Position numbers and translations under genes: made by a program. A stretch of 64,000 nucleotides of DNA. Source: Mustelus asterias (Eukaryota). A model generated the notes under the pieces. It made no database searches. It saw only the letters and a program-made list of their open reading frames with translations, and had not been told where the DNA came from. Below are positions 37,940 through 48,637 of this stretch, piece after piece. How positions within the stretch are numbered: the stretch's first letter is position 1; every line of letters begins with the position of its first letter. The stretch lies in contig NC_135822.1 of assembly GCF_964213995.1 (NCBI RefSeq), forward strand, positions 65,224,001 to 65,288,000, given 5' to 3'.

Positions 37940-38315
37940 ATATTAAATGTCTGACTGATATATTATGTGTATGATTTGTTTTCCTTCAATTATCTTCTCT
38001 CCTTTTCTGAAGGTGAGGATTCTTGCTAGCGTCAGTTCCATCAGCATCCTCCAGTACGTGGCTGCTCTTCGTGTGAGTCTAGATGTTGAGTATTAACAGG
38101 TTATTCCACTGAGGGGTCAGGGAGGGGTTGGGTGTCTAACAGCTGATTCATACTAAGTTGACACATGAATGTTTTTGCCCAGGAGCAAGGATGGAAATTC
38201 TAGCTGATCAGGGTTTTCCCTCACGTGGGACAAAGGAAACTGATAGTTGTAATATCGTTGCCACTCAAATTTCAATCAACAAACTCCAAATAGATCAGAG
38301 ATGAACAAACCAGGA

Positions 38316-38670
38316 ATCATATATATAACAGGTTATACCTGTCAGGGAAGATTGAATAGACTCAGGCTCTTTTCTCTGTCGAAGAGAAGAATCAAGGTTG
38401 ATCGGATGTATGTCAATAAAATTATGAAAAGCCTTGGCAGATTGGACTGAAAGAAGCTGATTGTACATAGCTGGCATGACCAAAGCTCAGGGCCACAAAT
38501 ATAAGACAGTCATAAATAAATCCAACCTGGAATGCAGGAGAAGAAAATACCCAGACAGTGGTTAGAATGTGGAACTTGCAACCACAGGAAGTGGTTGATG
38601 TGAATAGTATTGATGTGTTTCAGGGGAAGTGAGACAAACACAAGATGGAGAAAGGAATAGAAGAATGTGC
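38316..38670 (+). mobile_element. Old CR1 3' fragment
   Basis: gaagattgaatagactcaggctcttttctctg...gtggttagaatgtggaac, degraded. Confidence 0.65.
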
Positions 38671-39429
38671 TCTTAGACTAGAGGAAATAGCTGTCTTAAG
38701 AACTAATGCCTGATTTTTTTGTGTTATACCGTGTCCTCCCTATCTATTTCTGAAGAAGCTCATTTGTGTGGCGGTATAGCTCCATGTACACTGATGTACC
38801 ATGACTACCTCATTCAAGTGACCATACTTTGCATGCGAGCATATCAAAATTGTTCTTTGGTAGATAACCAACCTGTATTCGCCAGCACGTTTAGATGTAA
38901 TTCTATTTCCATTCAATATCCATTCACTTAGCGGAAGTGGCTGAATTGTGGAATCCCTCAGCTAATTTTCCTTCCCCCTGCCCCCACTGATCCTGAGCTC
39001 AGGGGCACTAAAGTAGATCTGACACTCCTCACTGAAACAGCACCTTTTATGTGTGTATAGATACATGTTAAAGGCACTCCATATCATAAGTGTTTATATA
39101 ATATGGAGCACATTTAATATAGTAAGATGTTTCAGAGTTTCCCATAAACATTACCAGACAAATTTGATCCCAAACTGCATGAACAGGCCTCTCAGTGCGG
39201 CCAAGCACTCGAGTACTACTAAGTGCTGGGAATTGGGTGAATGAGGGAATCCTAACCTCTTTGCTAAAACTAATTTGGTTTGTATTTAGCATCTAACTGA
39301 AATTTACTGTTTAAATTATAAACTTCACTCACCCATTTACAAGTTCATCACTGGACAGCAGTTGAAGTTATTTAAACAAGGAATCTGGCTTAAAATGTTT
39401 TTTATGTACTTGGAGCTTAGCTAACTCTT

Positions 39430-42400
39430 CAATTTCAGAGCATATAAATTAGGCCTCTCTGTGCGACTTGAACAAGAGTGCTGGGTGACTGAGGGATATC
39501 AGTGAAGAGGGAAAGAGGTGCTCCTTTGCTTTTCTGACATCTTCACCCAATAGGAACTGATTCTTACTCCAGTTCTTGGGAAGAATCTACTTGGTTGGTG
39601 AGTATCTGGTAAGTGGTTATGGTTTATTCTATTCCTGAAGTTTAAAATATACAAACAGTGGGATGGTGAATAAAGTATAAAAGGAAAGTAATTGAATAAA
39701 ATAGTTAATTAAAACACAATGAGGATGGTAGGACAGGTGATGTATCATGGCTGCAGCATGTGGGAGGCCTGAATGCCAGTGTGATGCTGGTCTGTTTGTG
39801 GCTCAAGGAGCTTTGGCTCAGAGTCATTGAGCTAGATATCAATCTGCAGATGCTGTGGTGCAGAGGGTTGGGGCAAGTTACCTGGCCTCCTTGTATCAGG
39901 AGGCAGTTGCACCTCTTTTGATTGGTCAGCGGCCAGAGAAAGGAGGGTGTGACTGCGAATGAGGTAGGTAAGCGCATCCAGATGGCACAAGGGCAGGAGC
40001 CTCAACCTTTGCAATTGATCAATAAGTCTGAGGTTCTTTTAGCTTGTTTGGTTGAGAATGGGGGCTGAAGGGTGGATGAGCTGACTGGCCATGGCACCAT
40101 GGTAGAGGAAGCCATTCAAGTGTAGGGGAGTGTCGTGCTAGTAGGGGACAGTATAGCGAGGAGGATTAACAGTTCCCTGCAGCAAAGCGTGAAGTCCAGA
40201 AGGGTATGTTGCCTGCTGGGAGGTGCCAGGAGTCAGGACATTGAGCCAAGGTTGGAGAGGAGCTTGCAGTGGGAGGGAGAGGGGAAGGATCCAATTGTCA
40301 TGTTCCATTTCGGTACCAACGACATAGGGACAAGGCAGGACAAGGAAAGACATTCTGCATAGTCAGTATAAGGAGCTTGGCACCAACTTTAGAAGAAGAA
40401 CCCCAAAGGTAATAATCTCTTGATTATTACTTGAGCCATGTGCAAATTGGCGAGTAAGATTAGAGAAGTTAATGTGCAGCTCAAAGACTGGTGTGATAGA
40501 GGTGGGTTCCGGCTTGTGTGGCACTGGCACTAATAGGAAAAGTGGGGCATGTACTGTTGAGATGGTCTACACTTCAACTGTGCTGGGGCCACTGTTCCAG
40601 CAAATCACATAATTAGGGAAATAGAGAGGATTTTAAACTAAATAGCAGGGGACAAGAGACTTTCGGGATCTTCCCAAATTTGGGAAGATATAGTAAATCA
40701 AAGAGTAAAGACAAGGCAAGAGAGAAAATTACTAATGTAGGAAATGATAAGCAGACTGACAGAAAGGGTTAGAAGATAAGGCTAGAGATTTTAAAAATGA
40801 CAAGGCAAAACTAAAGGCTCTGTATTTAACATACATAGCATTCAAAATAAAACAGATGAACTGATGGCAATAAATAAATACAATCTGACAGTCATTACAG
40901 AGACATGGTTGCAGGATGACATAGAATGGTACTTGAATATTAAAGAGTATGTGACATTTAGGAAGGACTGGAAGCTAGGCAAAGATGAAGAGGGTGGCTC
41001 TGTTAATTAATAATTAGCATACTCGAGAGGAACAACCTAAGTTCAGGAATCCAGGATGAAGAAGCGGTTTGGGTAGAGATGAGGGTGGCATGGTGGCACA
41101 GTGGTTAGCACTGCTGCCTCACAGCGCCAGGGACCCGAGTTTGATTCCCGGCTTGGGTCTCTGTCTATGTGGAGTTTGCACATTCTCCCTGTGTCTGCGT
41201 GGGTTTCCTCCGGGTGCTCCGGTTCCGTCTCACATTCTAAAGGATGTGCTGGTTAGCTGCATTGACCCGAACAGGCGCCGGACTGTGACAACGAGGGGAA
41301 TTTCACAGTAACTTCATTGCAGTGTTAATGTGAGCCTTACTTGTGACTAATAAATCAACTTTACTTAGAGATGAGAAATGATAAAGGCCATTTGTGGGAG
41401 TGGTGTTGTACAGGCCCCCTAACAATACCCACATGATAGGACGGAGTATACAGAAAGAAATAATGGGAGCTCATCAGAAAGATATTGCAATAGTCATGAG
41501 GGATTTTAAACTCCTTATAGACAGGAGAAATCAAATGGGCGCATGTAGCCTCGGTGAGTTCCTGGAATATTTTTGGGATAGTTTCTTATTCTGGAGCCAG
41601 CCATAGAGCAGGTTTTATGCGACCTGGTATTGTGAGATAGGATTAATTAATGATTTCATAATTAAGATGGTCGAGGTAGTAGCAATCAGAATATAATTTA
41701 ATTTTACATTTGAGGATCTAATACTAGTATTTTAAACTCAAATAATGGCAATTATGGGAACATGGAAGTAAGTTTGCTGATTTGGTTCAGAGAGGTCAGT
41801 GGCACTCATTTATGACGAGATTTCACAATAGATGCATTCAACCAAGAAAGAAAACTTCCAAGGGGTGAACCCACCAATCTTGGTTAACTGAAAAATTTAA
41901 AGGTCGTGTCCAACTTAAAGAAAAGCATATAATTGTGCAAGGATGGGTGGCACTTTGGCCAGAATATAAAAAAACAGCCAGAATGACTGAAGTGTTAGTA
42001 AAGAGGGAAAAATTAGAGCACAAGAGAATGCTAACTAGAAATATAAAAATGGCAAGAATTTCTATAGATATGGACAAACGAAGAGTTAACAAAGTGAGTG
42101 TTGGTTCTCTGGAAATTGAGTCTGGGGAATTAATAATGGAAAATAAGGAGATGGCAGATGAATTGAAGAGTATTTTGCATCAACATTCATCTTCACTTCA
42201 GAGGATACAAGTAACATCCTAAAAATAGCTGTAAATCAGGAAATAGAAGGGAGAAACTCAAGAAAATTACAGTTAGCAATGAAGTCATGCTGAGAAAATA
42301 GTTGGAGCTGCAGGCTCATCATTCTAGTCTTGATGGACTTCATCCTATGGTCTTAAAAATGGCTAGTGATGTAGTTGATGTAGTTGGTTTTAATTTTCCA

Positions 42401-43840
42401 AACTTCCCTAGATTTGAGGAAGGTTCCATTAGATTGAAAAATAGTGAATGTAACTCCTTTATCAAAAAAGGGAGAGAGACAGAAAGCAAGAAACTACAGG
42501 CCAGTTAGCTTAATATGTGTAATAGGGAAAATGTTAGAAGCTATTCGTAAAGATGTTATAGTTGGGAACTTAGAAAAAAATCAAGGTAATCAGGTCTGGT
42601 TTTGTGAAGGGGAAGTCGTATTTAACCAATTTATTGGAGGTATATGAAAAGGTAACATTTGCTGTGGATAAAGGGGAACCGGTGGATGCTCTGTAGTTGA
42701 ATTTTCAGAAGGCATTTGATAAGGTTCCACATGAACTTCATTGTGGAGAATAAAAGCTCATGGTCTAGGGGGTGGCATATTGGAATGAATACAAGAATGG
42801 CTTGCTCTTAGGAAACAGAGGGTAGGCATAAATAAGTCATTTTCTGGTTGACAAGATGGAATGAGTGGTGTACCACAGGCTTCAGTGCTGGGGATTCAAC
42901 TTTATATAATTTACGTAAATAACTTGGATGAAGGGACCAAGGTATGGTTGCTCAATTTACTGATGACAATGTTTGGTCGGAAAGTAAGTTGTGAACAGGA
43001 CACAAGGAGGCTACAAAGATAGGTTAAGTAAGTGAACAAAGATCTGGCAAATAGAGAAGAATGTGAGAAAATGTGAAATTGCCCATTTTGGCAAGAAGAA
43101 TTAAAAAGAAACATTTTATCTAAATGGTGAGAGATGCAGAGGGGTCTGGGTGTCCTTGTGCATGAATGGCAAAAAGTTAGTCTGCAGGTACAGCAAGTAA
43201 TTAGGAAAGCTAATACAATTTTATCATTTTTTGTGAGAAGAATTGAGTAGAAAAGGATATGCTTCAGTTATACAGGGCATTGCTGAGATCACATCTGGAT
43301 TCCTGTGCACACTGCTGGTCTTATTTAAGGAAGGGTGTAAATGCATTGGGAACAGTTCAGAGAAGGTTTACGTGACAAATAGTTGAAATGAGAGGGTTGA
43401 CATATGCTGAATGGTTGGACAGGCTTGGCTTTTTGTTGGAGTTTGGAAGAGTAAGAGGTGACTTGATTGAAAAATATAATATCTTGAGTGGTCTTGACAG
43501 GGTGGATGTGGAAAGGATGATTTGTGGGAGAATCTCGTACTTGGGGTTACTGTTTAAAAATAAGAAGTGGCCCATTTAAGAGAAATGAGGAGAAATGTTT
43601 TCTTTTGAGGATAGTGAGTTTTTTGGAACTTACTCACGCAAAAGGTGGTGGAAGCAGAGTCTTTGAATATTTTTAATGTAGGTAGATTCTTGATAAGCAT
43701 AGGGTGTGAAGCATTATCCAGGATAGGTGGGAATTTGGAGTTGAGGTTACAAACTGATCAGCCATGATCCTGTTGAATGGTGGAGCCGGCTCGAGGGGCT
43801 GAGTAGCCTACTCCTGTCCCTAATTTGTCTCTGTATGTAA
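39430..43840 (+). mobile_element. Near full-length degenerate CR1 (ORF1 esterase + ORF2 APE/RT)
   Basis: ORF1 remnants LVGDSIAR, HFGTNDIG, DGLHFN; APE remnants ITETW, VLYRPP; RT remnants NYRPVSL, FQKAFDKVPH; 3'UTR gatcagccatgatc. Many stops and frameshifts. Confidence 0.85.
41084..41365 (+). mobile_element. tRNA-derived V-SINE, full length
   Basis: A box TGGCACAGTGG, B-box-like gtttgattccc, V-domain gtgtctgcgtgggtttcctccgggtgctccgg; 10-bp TSD TAGAGATGAG at 41074-41083 and 41366-41375. Confidence 0.9.
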
Positions 43841-43842
43841 GA

Positions 43843-44130
43843 TGAGGTAGGTTTTAAGGAGAGTTCAAAAGGAGGAAAGCGAGGGAGGGAATTCAGAGCT
43901 TAGGACCTTGGCAGCTGAAGGCACGGCTGCCAATGGTGATTAAAATCAGGAATGCTTAAGCAGCCAGTGATGAAGGAGTGCAGTGATTTTGGAGGATTAT
44001 AGGCTGGAGGTGGTTACTGACACAGGGAAAGATGAAGCCATGAAGGGATTTGAAACTAAGGGCAGGAATTGTAAAATTGCGATGCTATTTGCGATGGAAG
44101 AGGATGTTGGTGAGTGAGAACAAGGAAAGC
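43843..44130 (-). mobile_element. L2-type LINE 3' fragment
   Basis: gaggtaggttttaagga...ggcagctgaaggcacggctgccaatggtg; similar to 55605-55900. Confidence 0.6.
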
Positions 44131-45384
44131 AGGATTAGGCTATTTATTGAGTTGGACGATCAGCCATGATCGTGATGAATGGCAGAACAGGCTCAAAGGG
44201 CCAAATGGCCTCCTCTTGCTCCTATCTTCTATGCAACAATGACACTTGCTTGTTCTTGAGACCCAATCCTTGTGTTTATCTATTTCTTCAATCTCTCCAA
44301 AGATGGACTAACACTCAACGTGATAAGATTTGAATTATTAATCTGCTGTATTTCACAGTAAGGTGAATGGACAGAATCCAGTAGTTATGACAAGCCCCTC
44401 TCGGTCCAATAGATACACCTAATGTCTTGATTACTGGTGTGAGAAAAATAATGAATGTGCTACACTGCCTGATTTCACTGAGTAATTTTATTTAAAGAGA
44501 TGCTGTAGACTGTGCTGCAGCTTTTGTACCTGTCTTTTCTGGGACATTTCTGCTTCAACAGCTTCTCTCTTCCAGAAACTGGCCTGCAATTTAGGTATCC
44601 ATGCTCTAGGGCTGACAGAGTTAACCAAAGCCTTCCAACACACTCCAGGTGAGCTGTTTAACTCTTACAGAAGCAAGGTATCAAATTGCTTATTCTAGGC
44701 ATTCTGGGAGGAACACCAAAGCCATCATTAGCATCTTAACTTGGGGTCCTGCCATTTTTCTCTTGTAGGAATATGCTACTCTTTCAAACCAGAACATTTA
44801 AAATCAACTTTTTCCAATCCTAATGTGTGGAAAATAACAAGCGGAGTGAATGATAGGAGAAAAAGAAAGACTTTTTTCCATTCCTGGATGACAGTAAAAC
44901 AGCAATCTGTCTTGACCAGTATTCTGGTTGGAAACTTTACACCCTGGAGTATTTGAGCTGTGTGAGATTTCATCATTGTCCAGTGGAAAATCTGCAGAGA
45001 AATATGCAGCAAATATTCTGCCCACTGTTTTCCCTGTTTGCTTGGAGCCACATAGGATGGAGCATGACACAGGATGCCCGTGTAAGTTGTGTTGTAGCCC
45101 AGGAGAGTTTTGTTTATTAGTGTCACAAGTAGGCTTACATCAGCACTGCAATGAAGTTACTGTGAAAATCCTCTCCAGGATGAAGTGGAGCAAAATTTAC
45201 TGCGCTATTGATCAGAGAGTATTTCGGATTGATTGATTTGATATCACTGAACTGCAGCAAACAGGAACCAGCATGAAGGGATGTGTCAAATCAAAACAAA
45301 AATCATCCTATCTACTTGGATCATGACATCCATGTGATGACGAATGATTTCTGCTATTATTTTACACATGTACATATGAAATAT

Positions 45385-45690
45385 GGGGGCAGCACGGTGG
45401 CACAGTGGTTAGCACTGCTGCCTCACAGCTCTAGGGACTTGGGTTTGATTCCTGGCTTGGGTCACTGCGTGGATTTCCTCCAGGAGCTCCGGTTTCCTCC
45501 CACAGTCCAAAGATGTGCAGGTTAGGTGCAATGGCCATGCTAAATCACCCCTTAGTGTCCTGGGATGTGACTGTTAGATGGATTAGCGAGGTAAATATGT
45601 GGGGTTTCGGGGATAGGGCCTGGGTGGGATTGTGGTCGGTGCAGACCCGATGGGCCAAATGGCCTCCTTCTGCACTGTCGGGATTCTATG
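45385..45690 (+). mobile_element. HE1-like V-SINE with CR1-type tail
   Basis: ggcagcacggtggcacagtggttagcactgctgcctcac head; tail gatgggccaaatggcctccttctgcactg...ttctatg. Confidence 0.9.
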
Positions 45691-46081
45691 CAAAGTTGGA
45701 AAAATGTGATGGTGGAAGTGTTGCAGGAAGTAACGTAATAACTTTACATTGGAGAGCTAACTTTGAACAAAATGGTTTCAAGTACCTCGGGTCCAAACTG
45801 GACGATGCTTCCATAGATAGACAACATAAGAGGAAGCAAGGGATAGGGCATGAGGAAAGAAGAAATGGGCTTCATTCAGAAATATTTTCCCTCAAGGGTA
45901 CTTGGATACTAGGAACAGCAGGTCTGAAATTTTCATGTGCCTGAGAGGCACATATTTTCTGATGTGAAGACCAGTCTGAGGGAAATGTGAAAGGGAAGTC
46001 AGCGATCCCCTCGTCTGTCACTGTGTGAAAACAGCCAACGTGCTTCAGAAGAAGGGGCTTTATATCAAATAAGCTCTGTAT

Positions 46082-46393
46082 TCGCTTCTCGGCCTTTTGG
46101 CTAAGATCAAGTGTAGTTATGCGCATGCTGCACTTGGTTGAGGTCATTAGGTTACATTGAAGTTTCATATGAAGCAATTTTTAAAAGCGGTCTCTCGGCC
46201 AAGATGCAAATGAGCTCAAGTCTTGGAGGAGGAATTGCTTTCCCTCCTCCAATCAGCTTGGCTCATGTAGATCAGGCCCAGGACAGGGTAAATGGTCGCT
46301 CGCCCTGTCTTGCCAGACTGGATAGGAAATGTCTCAACTTGTTGAGACTCTGAATTGGACTTGATTTGGTTGAATTGGAAAAGTATTAAAAAA
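46082..46393 (+). mobile_element. U2 snRNA-headed SINE-like element, copy 1
   Basis: 46082-46117 matches U2 nt 2-37 (TCGCTTCTCGGCCTTTTGGCTAAGATCAAGTGTAGT); non-U2 body; A-rich tail; 13-bp TSD AAGCTCTGTATTC at 46071-46083 and 46394-46406. Confidence 0.85.
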
Positions 46394-46579
46394 AAGCTCT
46401 GTATTCCTGGGCTTTCGTCTTGGGAAAGGCCCCCACATTTTGGGAACAGGCGTTGCTCACACAATCTCATCCTGAAATACTGAAAACTATTCTGAAAGAA
46501 AGAGAAAGCTCGGCTGATTATCCAAAGGAATCTGACGTTGCCAGAGACGTTTTGAAAGGGTGACCTTCAATTCCAGACC

Positions 46580-48637
46580 TAGAACCATAGAACCATAGAA
46601 AATTACAGCTCAGAAACAGGCCTTTTGGCCCTTCTTGTCTGTGCCGAACCATTTTATGCCTAGTCCCACTGACCTGCACTTGGACCATATCCCTCCACAC
46701 CCCTCTCATCCATGAACCCGTCCAAGTTTTTCTTAAATGTTAAAAGTGACCCCGCATTTACCACTTTATCCGGCAGCTCATTCCACACTCCCACCACTCT
46801 CTGCGTGAAGAAGCCCCCCCTAATATTCCCTTTAAACTTTTCTCCTTTCTCCCTTAACCCATGCCCTCTGGGTTTTTTTTCCCCTAGCCTCAGCGGAAAA
46901 AGCCTGCTTGCATTCACTCTATCTAAACCCATCAAAATCTTATACACCTCTATCAAATCTCCCCTCAATCTTCTACGCTCCAGGGAATAAAGTCCCAACC
47001 TATTCAATCTCTCTCTGTAACTCAGCTTCTCAAGTCCCGGCAACATCCTTGTGAACCTTCTCTGCACTCTTTCAATCTTATTTACATCCTTCCTGTAACT
47101 AGGTGACCAAAACTGTACACAATACTCCAAATTCGGCCTCACCAATGCCTTATATAACCTTACCATAACACTCCAACTTTTATACTCGATACTCCGATTT
47201 ATAAAGGCCAATGTACCAAAGGCACTCTTTACGACCCTATCCACCTGTGACGTCACTTTTAGGGAACTCTGTACCTGTATTCCCAGATCCCTCTGTTCAA
47301 CTGCACTCTTCAGAGTCCTAACATTTACCCTGTACGTTCTTCTTTGGTTTGTCCTTCCTATGTGCAATATCTCACACTTGTCTGCGTTAAATTCCATTTG
47401 CCATTTTTCAGCCCATTTTTCTAGTTGGTCCAAGCTTTGAAAACCTTCCTCACTGTCCACTACACCTCCAATCTTTGTATCATCAGCAAACTTGCTGATC
47501 CAATTTACCACATTATCATCCAGATCATTGATATAGATGACAAACAACAATGGACCCAACACCGATCCCTGCGGCACACCACTAGTCACAGGCCTCCACT
47601 CAGAGAAGCAATCCTCCACAACCACTCTCTGGCTTCTTCCATTGAGCCAGTGTCTTATCCAATTTACTACCTCCCCATGTATACCCAGCGACTGAACCTT
47701 CCTAACTAACCTCCCATGAGGGACCTTGTCAAAGGCCTTGCTGAAATCCAGGTAGACAACATCCACCGCCTTCCCTTCATCCACTTTCCTGGTAACCTCC
47801 TCGAAAAACTCTAATCGATTGGTCAAACATGACCTACCACGCACAAAGCCATGTTGACTCTCCCTAATAAGTCCCTGTCTATCCAAATATTTGTAGATCC
47901 TATCCCTTATCACACCTTCCAATAACTTGCCCACCACCGACGTCAAACTTACTGGCCTATAATTTCCTGGATTTCTTTTGGAACCTTTTTTAAACAACGG
48001 AACAACATGAGCCACCCTCCAATCATCCGGCACCTCCCCCATGAATACTGACATTTTAAATATGTCTGCCAGGGCCCCTGCAAGTTCAACACTAGCTTCC
48101 CTCAAGGTCCGTGGGAATACCCTGTCCGGTCCTGGGGATTTATCCACTCTGATTTGCCTCAAGACAGCGAGCACCTCCTCCCCTTTAATCTGTAAAGGTT
48201 CCATGGCCTCCCTACCAGTTTGCCCTATTTCCGTAGACTCCATGCCCGTTTCCTCAGTAAATACAGATGCAAAAAAACCATTTAGTATCTCCCCCATCTC
48301 TTTTGGTTCCATACACAGTGTACCACTCTGGTCTTCAAGAGGACCAATTTTATCCCTCACTATCCTTTTGCTCCTAACATACCTATAGAAGCTCTTTGGA
48401 TTTTCCTTCACTCTGTCTGCCAAAGCAACCTCATGTCTTCTTTTAGCCCTCCTGATTTCCCTCTTAAGTAGCTTCTTGCACTTTTTATACTCCTCGAGCA
48501 TCTGATGTGTTCCTTGCTGCCTGTACACTTCATACAACTCTCTCTTCCTCTTAATCAGTGTTACAATCTCCCTCGAGAACCAAGGTTCCTTATTCCTATT
48601 TACTTTGCCTTTAATCCTGACAGGAACATACAAACTC
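46580..48637 (-). mobile_element. Young CR1 LINE, 5'-truncated, 657-codon open ORF2 segment
   Basis: Continuous RT ORF 46660-48633 (KSPGPD, YRPVSLTS, QHGF, DFSKAFD, GVPQGS, FADD); (ctatggtt)n tail. Confidence 0.97.

Noticed and set aside
41084-41160. tRNA gene (also ~45385-45460)
   Set aside because: The tRNA-like A/B boxes continue directly into the V-SINE body; it is a SINE head.
46082-46117. Functional U2 snRNA gene (also 54946-54978)
   Set aside because: Similarity ends at nt 37; no Sm site or 3' stem-loops; flanked by TSDs.
46660-48633. Domesticated or autonomous reverse transcriptase gene
   Set aside because: Lacks ORF1 and the endonuclease domain, has a small in-frame deletion after FADD and an ordinary CR1 tail; best read as a young truncated copy.
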